A stretch of DNA of 64,000 nt from an uncultured Trueperaceae bacterium (GCA_963815215.1 CAWFFU010000003.1:768001-832000); one strand, 5' to 3'. Shown: positions 20,593-31,064, counted from the first letter of the stretch. The notes: generated by a model from the letters alone, not told the origin. Made by a program: numbers and translations.

Positions 20593-23247
20593 CTAGAAGA
20601 CCGGACCCACGCGGAACCCGAAGACGCCGGTGGGGTGGCGTTCGCTGAAGGCGTAGTCCATCCGGATGGCCGGCAGCACCACGCTTCCGAAACCGAGGTT
20701 GATCTGCACCCCGATACCGGCGCCGCCGAACACGGGCGTCTGGTAGTCGGGGAAGTTGGGAACACTCGACGCCCAGCCCAGGTCCACGAAGGCGACCCCG
20801 ATCACCGTCTGGGTGGCGATCGTATTCAGGTTGAAGTTGTAGCGGTACTCCAGCGAGCTGGTGATGTAGCTCTTCGAGAGGTTGAAATCGTTCACGGTGT
20901 AGCCGCGGATCAGCGAGCGAGTCACGTTGGTCCGCCCCACCTGGAACTGCTTCGAGCTGGGGTAGTTGTCGCCGATCTGGGTGCCGGCATCGAGGCGTAC
21001 CGCGAAGACGTGCCCCGGGTCCTTGATCTCGGCCGGGTCGAGCGTCGAGAGCTTGGCGTAGGTGCGGAACCCCGCCGTGACTTGCTGGTAGGCGTAGGTC
21101 TGACGCTGCCCGGTGGCGGGATCGGCGTAATCGCTGCCGATGCCGATGCCGAAGTTGCCGTAGGTATGGATGCCCGTGGTCGGGAAGTCGGGGTTGTCGC
21201 GATCGTCGTAGGACACGCCGGCCCCGAAGAAGGTCGAGACGCCGCTGGTCGGCAGGTACTTCAGCGCATCCGAGCCCGGAAGGGAGCACGTTCCGTTGTT
21301 GGTCACCGCGCCGTTCTGGATGGTGCAGTCGACGCTGGGCGGCTCCAGCTTGTACTGGGCGTAGGTCACACTGCCGCTCAGGTTCATGGAGGTATGGGGG
21401 TAGATCTCGCGGATCACGCTCACGCCGAGGCCCGTGTTGCGCACGGTGTACTCGCCGACCTTCACACGGTTCGTGTCGATGGCGGACAGACCGGGATAGG
21501 TGACCGTGGTGCTGCCGCTGGATGTGCTGAGCGGTTGGTTGTTGCGGATGGTGCTGAACAACTGGACCGAGTAGGAGGTGGGAGTGGTCTCGAAGTTGTC
21601 GACGGGGATGAAGAGCCAGGGGATGTCGTAGCGCAGGCTGCCCCCGAACATCAGACCCAGATCGGTGCTGGTGCCGTTGAGATCGACGCTGACGTGATGG
21701 GCGCGCCCCAGGAAGTTCTTGTTCTGGTAGCTCAGCGAGGCCGAAAGTCCGGTGTCGGTGGCGTACTGCGCCGACGGCTGGAAGGTGCCGGTGCTGGCAT
21801 GCTTCACCGTGACCACGACGGTGAGCTCGTCGGGCTTGGCTGCCTGCTGGAACGAGCGGTTGACCGGCGTGATCGCCCCGGTCCGGTACACCTGACGAAG
21901 CCCGTTGTCGATCTGGTGGACGTTGGCGACGCTGCCCACCTTCGGAAGGTAGCGAGTGATGACGAAGGGCTTGGTGTTGTCGGGCTTGCCCTCGTACTGG
22001 ATGCTGTAGCCGGCGATCTTCATCTCCGTCACGCGCTGGATGTAGGTGCCGTTGTCGTAGCTGAAGTCCGGCTGGGTGGCGATGATGTAGCCCTGATCGC
22101 TGTAGGCCTGGACGATGGCCCCGAAGTCCTCTCGTGCCACCGCCGAGGTGAAGGTGTCGCCGATCTTGAGCGACAGCACCTTCTCCAGCTGTTGGGTGGA
22201 GAGGACCGTGTTGCCCTCGAACTTGATCGCCTTGATCGGGCCCGCGGTGTCGGGAGCGCCCAGGCTGAAGACGACGCGCACGCCGCCGGTCGCCGAACGC
22301 AGCGTCTGTAGCTGGATGTCGCTGCTACGTCCACGAGCGAGCTGCTTGACGTCGCTGAGGAGCTTGTCGTAGTTGAACAGATCGCCCGGTTGCAGGCTCA
22401 GATGGGAAGGGTCGACACCCAGTGCGGTGGTGTCGATCGAGTCGATGCGGAGCTCCACGACGTTCACCGTCAGCGTGCCGTCCTTGAGCTCGCTGTTCTG
22501 AACGTCGACGCCGCTGCCACGGAAGCCCTTGTCGGCGTACATCTTGCTCACCTGCTGCAGTGCCGAGTGATACGAGGCGAGCTGGAAGGTACCGGCCTTG
22601 AGCAACGCGTCGAACGGACCCTTGAGCGCGGCGGCGTCGAACACGGTGTTGCCCTGGAACACGACCTTGTCGAGCTTGGCCTTCTCGGTGATGGTGTAGG
22701 TCAGCCGAACGGGCACGGGACCGCCCTGCTTGGCGAGATCCGGCGCCGCCTCCTCGTTGAGGTTGACGTCCACGTTGAATGGGAAGCCGTCCTGCCGGTA
22801 GACCTGCTGGATGGTCTGCTTGGCCTGCTCGGCGCGGCTGGTGTTGTACACCCGGCCGGTCTCGACCAGATTGTTGGACTTCAGCGCGTCGGTGAGCGCT
22901 GCCGTGCCGACCGAGCTGTTCCCCTGGAAGTCGATCGCGCCGATCAACGGGTTCTCCTTGACCTTGATCAGCAGAACCGGGCCTCCGGGGCTCGACTGGA
23001 TGCTGACCGACACCTCCTGGAAGGTCCCCAGGCTGTAGACGCGGTTCCGTTCGGCTTCCAGGTCGATGCTGTCCACCGGCGTGCCCTTGCGCGCCGTGAT
23101 GATGGTCTTGACGATGTCGGCGTAGTTGGTGGTTCCCTCGACACGGACGTCGGCCAATCGTCCCTGTGGGGCCGGCTGCTGTTGGGCGAACGAGAGAGCG
23201 CCCACGGCGACGAGCATGACGGCCACCAGGTGGCGGAATATCGGCAT
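20593..23247 (-). CDS. bamA: BamA/Omp85-family outer membrane protein assembly factor
   Basis: Signal peptide, repeated POTRA-like motifs (FQGN..), NFLGRAH barrel start, IRGY motif and C-terminal Phe. Confidence 0.85.
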   Translation of the reverse strand: MPIFRHLVAVMLVAVGALSFAQQQPAPQGRLADVRVEGTTNYADIVKTIITARKGTPVDSIDLEAERNRVYSLGTFQEVSVSIQSSPGGPVLLIKVKENPLIGAIDFQGNSSVGTAALTDALKSNNLVETGRVYNTSRAEQAKQTIQQVYRQDGFPFNVDVNLNEEAAPDLAKQGGPVPVRLTYTITEKAKLDKVVFQGNTVFDAAALKGPFDALLKAGTFQLASYHSALQQVSKMYADKGFRGSGVDVQNSELKDGTLTVNVVELRIDSIDTTALGVDPSHLSLQPGDLFNYDKLLSDVKQLARGRSSDIQLQTLRSATGGVRVVFSLGAPDTAGPIKAIKFEGNTVLSTQQLEKVLSLKIGDTFTSAVAREDFGAIVQAYSDQGYIIATQPDFSYDNGTYIQRVTEMKIAGYSIQYEGKPDNTKPFVITRYLPKVGSVANVHQIDNGLRQVYRTGAITPVNRSFQQAAKPDELTVVVTVKHASTGTFQPSAQYATDTGLSASLSYQNKNFLGRAHHVSVDLNGTSTDLGLMFGGSLRYDIPWLFIPVDNFETTPTSYSVQLFSTIRNNQPLSTSSGSTTVTYPGLSAIDTNRVKVGEYTVRNTGLGVSVIREIYPHTSMNLSGSVTYAQYKLEPPSVDCTIQNGAVTNNGTCSLPGSDALKYLPTSGVSTFFGAGVSYDDRDNPDFPTTGIHTYGNFGIGIGSDYADPATGQRQTYAYQQVTAGFRTYAKLSTLDPAEIKDPGHVFAVRLDAGTQIGDNYPSSKQFQVGRTNVTRSLIRGYTVNDFNLSKSYITSSLEYRYNFNLNTIATQTVIGVAFVDLGWASSVPNFPDYQTPVFGGAGIGVQINLGFGSVVLPAIRMDYAFSERHPTGVFGFRVGPVF

Positions 23248-23356
23248 GCGTGCAGTGTACCTGAGTTCGGGTGAGAGGACTTAGAGCGTCCCGGTCGCCA
23301 TCGACGTCCCTCCGGCGCCCCGGTCGACACCGCTCTCCCCCGGTAGAATCGACGCT

Positions 23357-24181
23357 ATGGACGCCGCTTCGCACCCCTCGATCGACGACGCCGTCACCGC
23401 CCTCCGCCGGCACACTTCCGGCGCGCCCGAAATCGCCCTGGTGCTGGGGAGCGGACTCGGTCCCCTCGCCGACGAGGTCGACGCCGAAGCGGTGGTCCCC
23501 TACGCCGACGTGCCCGGCATGCCGGTGAGCGGAGCTCCCGGCCACGCCGGACGCTTCGTGATCGGAAGGCTCGCGGGTCGGCGCGTGGTGGCCATGCAGG
23601 GACGCGTCCACCTCTACGAGGGCTTCAGCTCGGCGCAGTGCGCCTTCCCCGTGAGGGTGATGCACGCCCTCGGGGCCGGAACGCTGCTCGTCAGCAACGC
23701 CTGTGGCGGGCTGGCGCCGACCTTCCGCGCCGGAGAGCTGATGCTCCACCTCGATCTCATCAACGCCACCGGCCAGAACCCGCTCACCGGTCCGAACGAC
23801 GACGCTGCCGGGCCCCGCTTCCCGGTGATGTTCGACTGCTACGATCCCGGCTACCTCGAGGTGGCCCGCGCCGTGGCCCGGAGCCAGAACCTGCTGCTGC
23901 GCGAGGGCGTCTACCTGGCCGTCGCGGGGCCGAGCTACGCGACGCGCGCCGAGCTACGCGCCTACCGCCACTGGGGGGCGGACGCCATCGGCATGTCGAC
24001 GGTACACGAGGTCATCGAGGCGCGCCACCTCGGCATGCGCGTGGTGGGGCTCTCGACCGTCACCGACATGGCGTTGCCCGAGGGCGACCAGCACGCCACC
24101 GGCGACGAGGTGCTGCGCGTGGCCGCCGAGAGCGGGGCACGCTTCCGGGCGCTGGTCAGCGCGCTGCTGCCCGAGCTCTGA
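23357..24181 (+). CDS. Purine-nucleoside phosphorylase (trimeric type)
   Basis: LVLGSGLG, GHAG, QGRVHLYEG, SNACGG, GPSY.TRAE, GMSTVHE. Confidence 0.92.
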   Translation: MDAASHPSIDDAVTALRRHTSGAPEIALVLGSGLGPLADEVDAEAVVPYADVPGMPVSGAPGHAGRFVIGRLAGRRVVAMQGRVHLYEGFSSAQCAFPVRVMHALGAGTLLVSNACGGLAPTFRAGELMLHLDLINATGQNPLTGPNDDAAGPRFPVMFDCYDPGYLEVARAVARSQNLLLREGVYLAVAGPSYATRAELRAYRHWGADAIGMSTVHEVIEARHLGMRVVGLSTVTDMALPEGDQHATGDEVLRVAAESGARFRALVSALLPEL

Positions 24182-24186
24182 TCACG

Positions 24187-24825
24187 GTGCTCTCGGACGT
24201 TCTGCAGCGTATCGAGGCCGCCTGCGCCGGCGTGGGTCGGGACCCTTCCGAGGTGACATTGGTGGCCGTCACCAAGGGGCACGATGTCGACGAGATCCGC
24301 GACCGCGTGCTGGCCCGCGGCCACCGCATCCTAGGTGAGAACCGGGTCCAAGAGTGGCGCGGCAAGGCTGCCGCGTTGGGGCCCGACGTCACCTGGCACC
24401 TCATCGGCCACCTGCAACGCAACAAGGTCAAGTACCTCGCTGGGGTGGCGCTCATCCACTCGCTGGACTCGCCGCGACTGGCGGACGCGCTCGAAGCGGA
24501 GGGCGCGCGGCAGGGGACGACCTTCCGCGTGCTGCTCCAGGTCAACGTGGCGCGCGAGCCGGGGAAGTTCGGCGTCGCACCGGAAGCGTGCGCCGCGCTG
24601 GCGGACCACATCGCAAGCCTCGAGCACGTCGCGCTCGACGGGCTGATGACCATGGCGCCGTACAGCGACGACCCGGAGTCCAGCCGCCCCTTCTTCCGGG
24701 AGCTCCGGCGCCTGGGTGATACCCTTGGGACAGCGCGGCTCTCGATGGGCATGAGCGGAGACTTCGAGGTCGCGGTCGAAGAGGGGGCCGCATGGGTACG
24801 GGTCGGATCGGCCCTGTTCCGGTGA
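24187..24825 (+). CDS. yggS: YggS/PLPBP pyridoxal-phosphate homeostasis protein
   Basis: LVAVTK, GENRVQE, WHLIGHLQRNK, GLMTM, LSMGMSGDF, VRVGSALF. Confidence 0.93.
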   Translation: MLSDVLQRIEAACAGVGRDPSEVTLVAVTKGHDVDEIRDRVLARGHRILGENRVQEWRGKAAALGPDVTWHLIGHLQRNKVKYLAGVALIHSLDSPRLADALEAEGARQGTTFRVLLQVNVAREPGKFGVAPEACAALADHIASLEHVALDGLMTMAPYSDDPESSRPFFRELRRLGDTLGTARLSMGMSGDFEVAVEEGAAWVRVGSALFR

Positions 24826-24850
24826 CGCACCCGCGAGGGACGGTACGAGC

Positions 24851-25396
24851 ATGAGACTGAGCCCGCTCGACATCCAGCATATGGAGTTCCAGCGCACGGC
24901 GAGCGGCTACCATCGCCGTCAGGTCCGCGAGTTCTTGGAGCGCGTCGCCATGGAGCGCGAGGAGTTGCTCCGGGAAGTGCAGAACCTGCGCGAGGAGCTC
25001 GAGCTCCGCGGCGAGAAGATCACCGAGCTGCAGGCCGCGGAGGCCGAGTTGCAGCGCGCCATCATCGCCGCGGAACGCATCGGCAACGAGATCAAGGAGA
25101 ACGCCAAGAAGGAGGCGCAGCTCATCCTGCTCGAGGCGGACCGCCTCAAGCACGATCGGCTGCAGGGCGCCGAGGCGCGCTTGCGCGCCGCCCAGGCTGA
25201 GCTGGCACGGGTGGAGCGCGAGACGTCGCTGTTCCGTGAGCAGTTCCGCGGCATGTTGGAGGCCTACACCCGCTCGCTGGAGAGCCAACCCCACCCGCGC
25301 CAGCTGGCCGGCGCGGTCACCGCGGACGAGGACGGCCAGCCCGGCCCCGACGGCGACCCGCGCGATCGCAGCGAACCTACCACCACGCCGCGCTGA
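24851..25396 (+). CDS. divIVA: DivIVA-domain cell division protein
   Basis: LSPLDIQHMEF...GY..QV.EFL N-terminus followed by a coiled coil. Confidence 0.88.
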   Translation: MRLSPLDIQHMEFQRTASGYHRRQVREFLERVAMEREELLREVQNLREELELRGEKITELQAAEAELQRAIIAAERIGNEIKENAKKEAQLILLEADRLKHDRLQGAEARLRAAQAELARVERETSLFREQFRGMLEAYTRSLESQPHPRQLAGAVTADEDGQPGPDGDPRDRSEPTTTPR

Positions 25397-25447
25397 ACCC
25401 TCACGGAAGCCGCAGGCAGGAACGCTGCTGCGGCCGCGAGGGGCGCC

Positions 25448-25888
25448 TCAGCCGTCCGTACCTTTGCCGCCCGGCACCTCGAGGGCGCTCTCCAGCGTGG
25501 TCCAGGCCAAGGTGGCGCACTTGACCCGGGCGTGGAGTCTGGCGACGCCCTGAAGGGCGCTCAGTTCGCCCAGTTCCGGCGCCGGCGGTTGGCCGCGGAT
25601 CATCGCCCTGAACGCTTCGGAGAGCTCCAGGGCGGCCTCGACGCTACGCCCCTTCAGGGCGTCGGTCATCAGCGACGCCGAGGCCTGGCTGATGGCGCAG
25701 CCCTCCCCTTCGAATCCGATCTCGTGGATGATGCCGTCCGCCACCCGCAGATAGAGCGTGAGCTCATCGCCGCACGATGGGTTCTCACCCTCCCGGACAT
25801 GGCTGGGGTGGTCGAGCGCACCACGGTTGTGAGGCCGTTTGTAGTGCTCGAGGATGACGTCCTTGTAGAGGCTGTCGAGGAAGCTCAT
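25448..25888 (-). CDS. sufU: SufU/NifU-like Fe-S cluster assembly sulfur-transfer protein
   Basis: LYKDVILEHYKRPHN, NPSCGD, GCAISQASAS, RVKCATLAW. Confidence 0.92.
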   Translation of the reverse strand: MSFLDSLYKDVILEHYKRPHNRGALDHPSHVREGENPSCGDELTLYLRVADGIIHEIGFEGEGCAISQASASLMTDALKGRSVEAALELSEAFRAMIRGQPPAPELGELSALQGVARLHARVKCATLAWTTLESALEVPGGKGTDG

Positions 25889-25896
25889 GGGTCGCC

Positions 25897-27132
25897 TCAG
25901 GCGTAGGCCGCGAAGAAGTCGCGGGTCGTGACGACCGCTTCGACGAAGCGGTCCACCTCGTTCTGGGTGGTGTAGAGGTAGAAGCTGGCCCGCGCCGTGG
26001 CGCTGGCGCCGAGGGCCGCCCCCAGCGGTTGCGCGCAGTGGTGGCCGGAGCGGATGGCGATGCCTTCGGCGTCGAGGGCCGTCGCGACGTCGTGAGGGTG
26101 GACGCCGTCGATGTTGAACGTGACGATGCCGCCGCGATCGTCGCCTCGCGGTCCGTAGAGGGTGACGCCCTGCACTCCGTCCAGACGCTCGAGAGCGTAG
26201 CGCGCCAGTGCCGCGTCGTGCTCGGCGACAGCGTCCATCCCCACCGCCTCCAGATAGTCGATGGCAGCGGCCAGGCCGATCGCCTCGGCCACCGGCGGCG
26301 TGCCCGCTTCGAAGCGGGCGGGGATCCCGGCGTAAGTGCTGTCGTCGACGGTCACGCGGCGGATCATCTCGCCCCCGCCCAGGAACGGGGGCATGGCCTC
26401 GAGGATCTCGGCACGCGCCCACAGCGCGCCGACCCCGGTGGGCCCGAGCATCTTGTGCCCCGAGAAAGCGTAGAAGTCGCAGTCGAGCGCCTGGAGGTCG
26501 ACGGGCAGGTGTGGTGCTCCCTGGGCGCCGTCGACGACCAGCACCGCGCCGGCGCGGTGGGCCATGTCGGCGATGCGCCGGATCGGGTTGACGACGCCCA
26601 GTACGTTGCTCATGTGGAAGGTGGCGATGGCCCGGGTACGTTCGCCGATCGCCGCTGCCATCGCGTCGAGGTCGACGCGCTGGTCGGCTGTCAGGCCGAC
26701 GGGCCGGATCACGATGCCGCGCCCACGCTTCAAGAAGTGCCACGGAACCAGGTTGGCGTGGTGCTCCGCGACCGTGACGATCACCTCGTCGCCTTCGGCC
26801 AGGTTCGCCCCGCCCCAGCTCGAAACGATCAGGTTCAAAGCCTCCGTGGCGTTGCGGGTGAACACCACCGAGCGCGCGTCGGGCGCCTTGAGGAAGCCGG
26901 CCACGCGTGCGCGGGCGGCTTCGTAGGCGTCGGTGGCCTCCACCGACAGGGTGTGCGCGCCGCGGTGGACGTTGGCGTGGTGGCCGTAGTAGTAGGCGGC
27001 CATCGCCTCCACCACCTGACGCGGCTTCTGGGACGAGGCGGCGCTGTCCAGGTAGACGAGCGGGTGCCCTTGCACGGAGCGCTCCAGGATGGGGAAATCG
27101 CGCCGCAGCGCATTAGCGTCGAGCGAGTTCAT
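25897..27132 (-). CDS. sufS: Cysteine desulfurase SufS
   Basis: YLDSAASSQKP, EHHAN, DGAQ, FSGHKM, FEAGTP, RSGHHCAQP. Confidence 0.95.
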   Translation of the reverse strand: MNSLDANALRRDFPILERSVQGHPLVYLDSAASSQKPRQVVEAMAAYYYGHHANVHRGAHTLSVEATDAYEAARARVAGFLKAPDARSVVFTRNATEALNLIVSSWGGANLAEGDEVIVTVAEHHANLVPWHFLKRGRGIVIRPVGLTADQRVDLDAMAAAIGERTRAIATFHMSNVLGVVNPIRRIADMAHRAGAVLVVDGAQGAPHLPVDLQALDCDFYAFSGHKMLGPTGVGALWARAEILEAMPPFLGGGEMIRRVTVDDSTYAGIPARFEAGTPPVAEAIGLAAAIDYLEAVGMDAVAEHDAALARYALERLDGVQGVTLYGPRGDDRGGIVTFNIDGVHPHDVATALDAEGIAIRSGHHCAQPLGAALGASATARASFYLYTTQNEVDRFVEAVVTTRDFFAAYA

Positions 27133-27195
27133 CAGGCGTCAGTGTAGCACCGGGGTTGCGCCGTCCCCGCCGTCGCCCGGCCCAGCCGGAACGGC

Positions 27196-27879
27196 TCAAT
27201 CCTCCCAGGGAACGACGGCGACCTGGGCGTGGTAGGTCCGGCGCGCCCGCTCGTCGCGCTCCAACGTGCGGTAGCGCTCCAGCACCTCGTAGAGCTCGAT
27301 CAGCATGTGCCGGGCCTCGTCGTCGGTCAGCGCGAACTCCATCCCCACCCGCTCGGTGACCGGCTGGCTCGGGGGCCACGTCGCCATCACGGCGCGCCAG
27401 TCGCGCCCGGCCCCGGCATCCGCGGCCGACTCGTACATGTCCACGCCGTCGGCGCCACGGTAGAGTCGTCGCCCCTCCACCCCGCCCCCGCGCAACGCCC
27501 GTGCAAGCGCCTTCACCACACGTTCGTCCTCACGGATCACGTCGACGAGCATGCGCTCCTCCAGCTCGCTGTAGGGGGTGAGGGCGAAGGGGATGTAGAA
27601 GGCGTCGCTCACCGAACGGTAGAGCTTGATCGGCCGGCCGGCGCGGGCTCGCTCCCCCTGGATCTCCAGCAGCCCCGCCGCGAGGAAGCGCCGGACGCGG
27701 TAGTGCATGGCGTCGAGCGCGCAGCCGACCTCGTTCGCCGCCTGCGTGACCGAGCGCGTCCGCCCCAGGAAGGGAAGGAAGTATGCGCGGCTCGTCGCGT
27801 CGCTCAGCAAGCGTGCCTGGAGGGGAGTGCGGACCTCCCAGGCCCTGTCGGAGACACTACTGGAATTCTGTTCTTCCAT
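27196..27879 (-). CDS. Winged-helix (ArsR-like N-terminal) DNA-binding protein
   Basis: FLGRTRSVTQAANEVG..MHYRVRR...RAGRPIKLYR. Divergent from an MFS gene. Confidence 0.65.
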   Translation of the reverse strand: MEEQNSSSVSDRAWEVRTPLQARLLSDATSRAYFLPFLGRTRSVTQAANEVGCALDAMHYRVRRFLAAGLLEIQGERARAGRPIKLYRSVSDAFYIPFALTPYSELEERMLVDVIREDERVVKALARALRGGGVEGRRLYRGADGVDMYESAADAGAGRDWRAVMATWPPSQPVTERVGMEFALTDDEARHMLIELYEVLERYRTLERDERARRTYHAQVAVVPWED

Positions 27880-27889
27880 CTCCAGTAGT
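27856..27889. promoter_or_regulatory. Candidate operator ACTACTGGA-N16-TCCAGTAGT
   Basis: Perfect 9-bp inverted repeat in an AT-richer patch between the divergent HTH and MFS genes. Confidence 0.45.
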
Positions 27890-27908
27890 AATCTAGCATG
27901 CTGAGGGC

Positions 27909-29129
27909 ATGACGGAATCCGGCCGCGCACGTCTGTTCAACCGCGACTTCACCGCCTATTGGCTCGGCATCGCCGTCAGCGCCATCGGCGACGCGCTCGG
28001 CTTCATCGCCATGCCGTTCCTGGTGCTCGGCCTCGGTGGATCCGGCGCGGAGCTGGCGACCGTGATGCTGCTGGCGTCGCTGCCGCGCTTCGGGGGTCCC
28101 CTGGTGGGTGCGCTCGCCGATCGTCTCCCCCTTCGGCTGCCGTTGCTGACGGGCGCACTCGCGCGCGCGCTGCTGACAGCCGCCGTAGCGGGCCTGGCCC
28201 TGACCGGAGCGCTGCCGCTGTGGCTGCTCTACCTGGCCGCCCCCCTGAACGGCCTCGTCACCATCTTCACGTTCGCGGCAGGGAACGTCGTCCTGCCACG
28301 GATCGTGCCTGCCGAGCGCCTCGCCCAGGCCAATGCCTTGATGCAGGCGGCCACCATGGGGATCCCGATGGTGGGCCTGGGCGCAGGGGGTGCGCTGGTC
28401 GCCACCGTCGGCGCTCCGGCCACCCTGGCCCTGGCCGCCCCTTGCCTGCTGGCCCTCGCCGTGGCGGCCCTGGTCGTGCGCTTCCCCGCCAGCCCCGAGG
28501 AAGGGCGCACGCCCTTCCTGACCGATCTGGTGGGCGGCGTCCGCTTCCTCGCCGGCCGGCCGCCGTTGCAGGTCCTGCTGGTCGCCACCCTGGTGCTGAA
28601 CGCCGCGTTGAACCTGCTCAACGTGCTGATGCCGCTGGCGATGGAGCGGGCCCACCACGGAGCACGCGGCTACGGCCTGTTCGAGGCGCTCATCAGCGCC
28701 GGCACGCTCATCGGCATCGTCGCCGTCACGGCGCTGGTGCAGCGCGTCCCTACCCGCCACCTGGTAACCGTCTCGCAGGCGGTCGTCGCGATCGGCTTCG
28801 CACTGCTCGCGACCGGCACGCTCCCTCGCCTGCTCGGAGGCGGCGTGGTGATCGGGACGGGTCTCGGCCTGGGTGAGGTGGCGTCGATCACGCTGCTGCA
28901 ACTCATCGTCCCCGACGGCATGCGGGGGAAGATGCTCGGCCTCGTGCTGCCCGCCAACGCGCTGGGGCTCACCCTCGGCGCCGCTGTCGCCGGAGCAGTG
29001 GCCGCCCGGCCCTCGTACGCCGCCGTCCTGCTGGGCGCCGCCGCCCTCCTGCTGGCAGTGGCCGCGGTGTGGGCGGCGCTGTCGCGCGGTCTCGACAGCA
29101 GACCGGCGGCCCAGCCCAGCGCCGCCTGA
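27909..29129 (+). CDS. MFS transporter (macrolide-efflux/EntS-like)
   Basis: About 12 TM helices, NRDF..YW, GALADR, PRIVP..LAQANA, VPDGMRGK. Confidence 0.85.
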   Translation: MTESGRARLFNRDFTAYWLGIAVSAIGDALGFIAMPFLVLGLGGSGAELATVMLLASLPRFGGPLVGALADRLPLRLPLLTGALARALLTAAVAGLALTGALPLWLLYLAAPLNGLVTIFTFAAGNVVLPRIVPAERLAQANALMQAATMGIPMVGLGAGGALVATVGAPATLALAAPCLLALAVAALVVRFPASPEEGRTPFLTDLVGGVRFLAGRPPLQVLLVATLVLNAALNLLNVLMPLAMERAHHGARGYGLFEALISAGTLIGIVAVTALVQRVPTRHLVTVSQAVVAIGFALLATGTLPRLLGGGVVIGTGLGLGEVASITLLQLIVPDGMRGKMLGLVLPANALGLTLGAAVAGAVAARPSYAAVLLGAAALLLAVAAVWAALSRGLDSRPAAQPSAA

Positions 29130-29191
29130 AGGGGAGCGGCAGCGGCCCAACGCGCGCGGGGCGCGCCCAGGCGGAAGGCTACACTGGCTCC

Positions 29192-30238
29192 GTGGTTCTG
29201 CGCTCCCTGTCGCAGCTCAATCTGAGGAACCTCCGTACCCCGCAGATCGAACTCGGCGCCGGCGTCGTCGGCCTGGTGGGCCGCAACGCGTCGGGCAAGA
29301 GCAACGTCATGGCCGCCGCCTACCTGGCCTGCACCGGCGAGCTCCCGGCGGGCACCATCGCACAGACGGTGCGTATCGGCGAGAGCGAGGGGTTCGTGGC
29401 CGCGGAGCTCGAGCATGCCGACGGCACAAGCCGCATCGAAGTCGGCCTCGCGCCGGGCCGCAAGCAGCTCAGGCTGGACGGCCAGTCGGTCCGCGTAGCG
29501 GACATCGCCCGCGTGAGCAGCGCGGTCCTCATCACGCCCGAGGACGCCGAGCTGGTGCACGGCTCCCCCGCGAGACGGCGCGGCTACCTGGACGCCCTGC
29601 TCTCCAAGCTCTCTGCGCGCTACGCCGCCTTGCTGCGTGAGTACCAGCGCGTGCTGGAGCAGCGCAACGCGCTGCTCCGCGGCGGCGCGTCGACGGCCGG
29701 ACTGGAGGTCTGGACCGAGCGCTTCGTAGTGCTCGGCGGCGAGATCGACGCGCTGCGGCGCAGGGCGCTGCGGCGCCTGTCCGAGCTGACGGTCGGGACC
29801 TACGCGGAGGTCGCCGGCGACGCCAAGATCCTGGGCGTGGAGTTGCGCCACCAGCGTGCCGTTTGCGAACTCGGCGAGGCGCTCGCTCTCGCCCATGCCG
29901 AGGAACGGGCGCGCGCGGTCACGCCGGTGGGCCCGCACCGCGACGACCTGGACCTCACCCTCGACGGTCACAGCGTCCAGGCCTACGGCTCGCGGGGGGA
30001 GGCCCGCACGGTGGCGCTCGCCCTACGGGTCGCGGAGTACCGCCTGCTCGAGGAGAAGCACGATGAGGCTCCGGTCCTGCTCGTCGACGACTTCACGGCC
30101 GAGCTCGATGCCGGACGCCGCGCGTTCCTGCTCGACCTCACGGCCCGCACGCCGCAGGCCCTGGTCAGCGGCACCGAGCCGCCGCCCAGTTGCGACCGGC
30201 TGTTGACCATCTCCGACGGGGTGGTGGCCCGTGCCTGA
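29192..30238 (+). CDS. recF: DNA replication/repair protein RecF
   Basis: GRNASGKSN, GSPARRRGYLD, QRNALL, GPHRDDL, SRGE, LLVDD..AELD. TACACT lies 6 nt before GTG 29192. Confidence 0.93.
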   Translation: MVLRSLSQLNLRNLRTPQIELGAGVVGLVGRNASGKSNVMAAAYLACTGELPAGTIAQTVRIGESEGFVAAELEHADGTSRIEVGLAPGRKQLRLDGQSVRVADIARVSSAVLITPEDAELVHGSPARRRGYLDALLSKLSARYAALLREYQRVLEQRNALLRGGASTAGLEVWTERFVVLGGEIDALRRRALRRLSELTVGTYAEVAGDAKILGVELRHQRAVCELGEALALAHAEERARAVTPVGPHRDDLDLTLDGHSVQAYGSRGEARTVALALRVAEYRLLEEKHDEAPVLLVDDFTAELDAGRRAFLLDLTARTPQALVSGTEPPPSCDRLLTISDGVVARA

Positions 30239-31064
30239 GCGTCACGTCTCCGAGCTGTTGGGCGAGTTCTTCCGGCGCTCGGGCATGAAGCGTGCGGTGC
30301 GCCGTGCCGAGGCGGTGCTGCTGTGGCCGCAGGTGGCGGGCCCCGAAGTGGCCCGCTTCGCCGAGGCCAGGGTCGTCCGCGACGGAGTGCTCTACGTCGA
30401 TGTCAGCGACAGCGAGACGGCGATGCACCTCAGCCTCCAACGGCAGCGCTTCCTGGACGTCTACCGCGCCCGCTTCGAGGCGCGCGAGGTACGCGAGATC
30501 CGCTTCGTCGTCGGGCGCCCTCACGCCCCCGAGGAGCCCGCGCCCACGCCGGCGCCCAGCCGCCCCGATCCCGACGCCCTCGCCGACCTGGCGCGCCGAC
30601 TCGGGGACCTCGAGCTGCCCGACCCGGTCGCCGGTGCGGCCCTGCGCGCCGGGCGCGCCATGCTGGGTTACCGTGCCCGGCGGCGGAGCGAGGGGTGGCA
30701 ACCTTGCCCCACCTGTGGCGCGCTGGTGCCGGAGCCGGGCCCCTGCGACGCTTGCCGCCGCTACGCCGACGAGGGCCGCGTCATCGACGCCGCCCGCAGG
30801 CTGGCGGTGCGGCCGGGGGTGCCGACGCCCGACCTCGGCGAGGAGGAGCGGGCCGTTGCCGAGGTCCTGGCGGCGCGTTCGCTCGACGCCACCCTGGCCG
30901 AGCTGCTCCCTCAGGTCCTGGCGGATCCCGGCATCAAGCCACAGCTCGAGCACGCCGCGCGCTGCCGCGCCGCCCTGGCCGCCGGCAAGGCTCTCGCCGA
31001 CGTCGCCGACGACGACATGCGTCGGCTTCCCGACCGCGTCCGGCGGGTCCTCGGCGCGCTCTGA
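30231..31064 (+). CDS. DUF721/DciA-family protein with Zn-ribbon
   Basis: WPQVAG.EVA..GVLYV motif, CPTC..CDAC. Overlaps the recF end. Confidence 0.8.
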   Translation: MPERHVSELLGEFFRRSGMKRAVRRAEAVLLWPQVAGPEVARFAEARVVRDGVLYVDVSDSETAMHLSLQRQRFLDVYRARFEAREVREIRFVVGRPHAPEEPAPTPAPSRPDPDALADLARRLGDLELPDPVAGAALRAGRAMLGYRARRRSEGWQPCPTCGALVPEPGPCDACRRYADEGRVIDAARRLAVRPGVPTPDLGEEERAVAEVLAARSLDATLAELLPQVLADPGIKPQLEHAARCRAALAAGKALADVADDDMRRLPDRVRRVLGAL

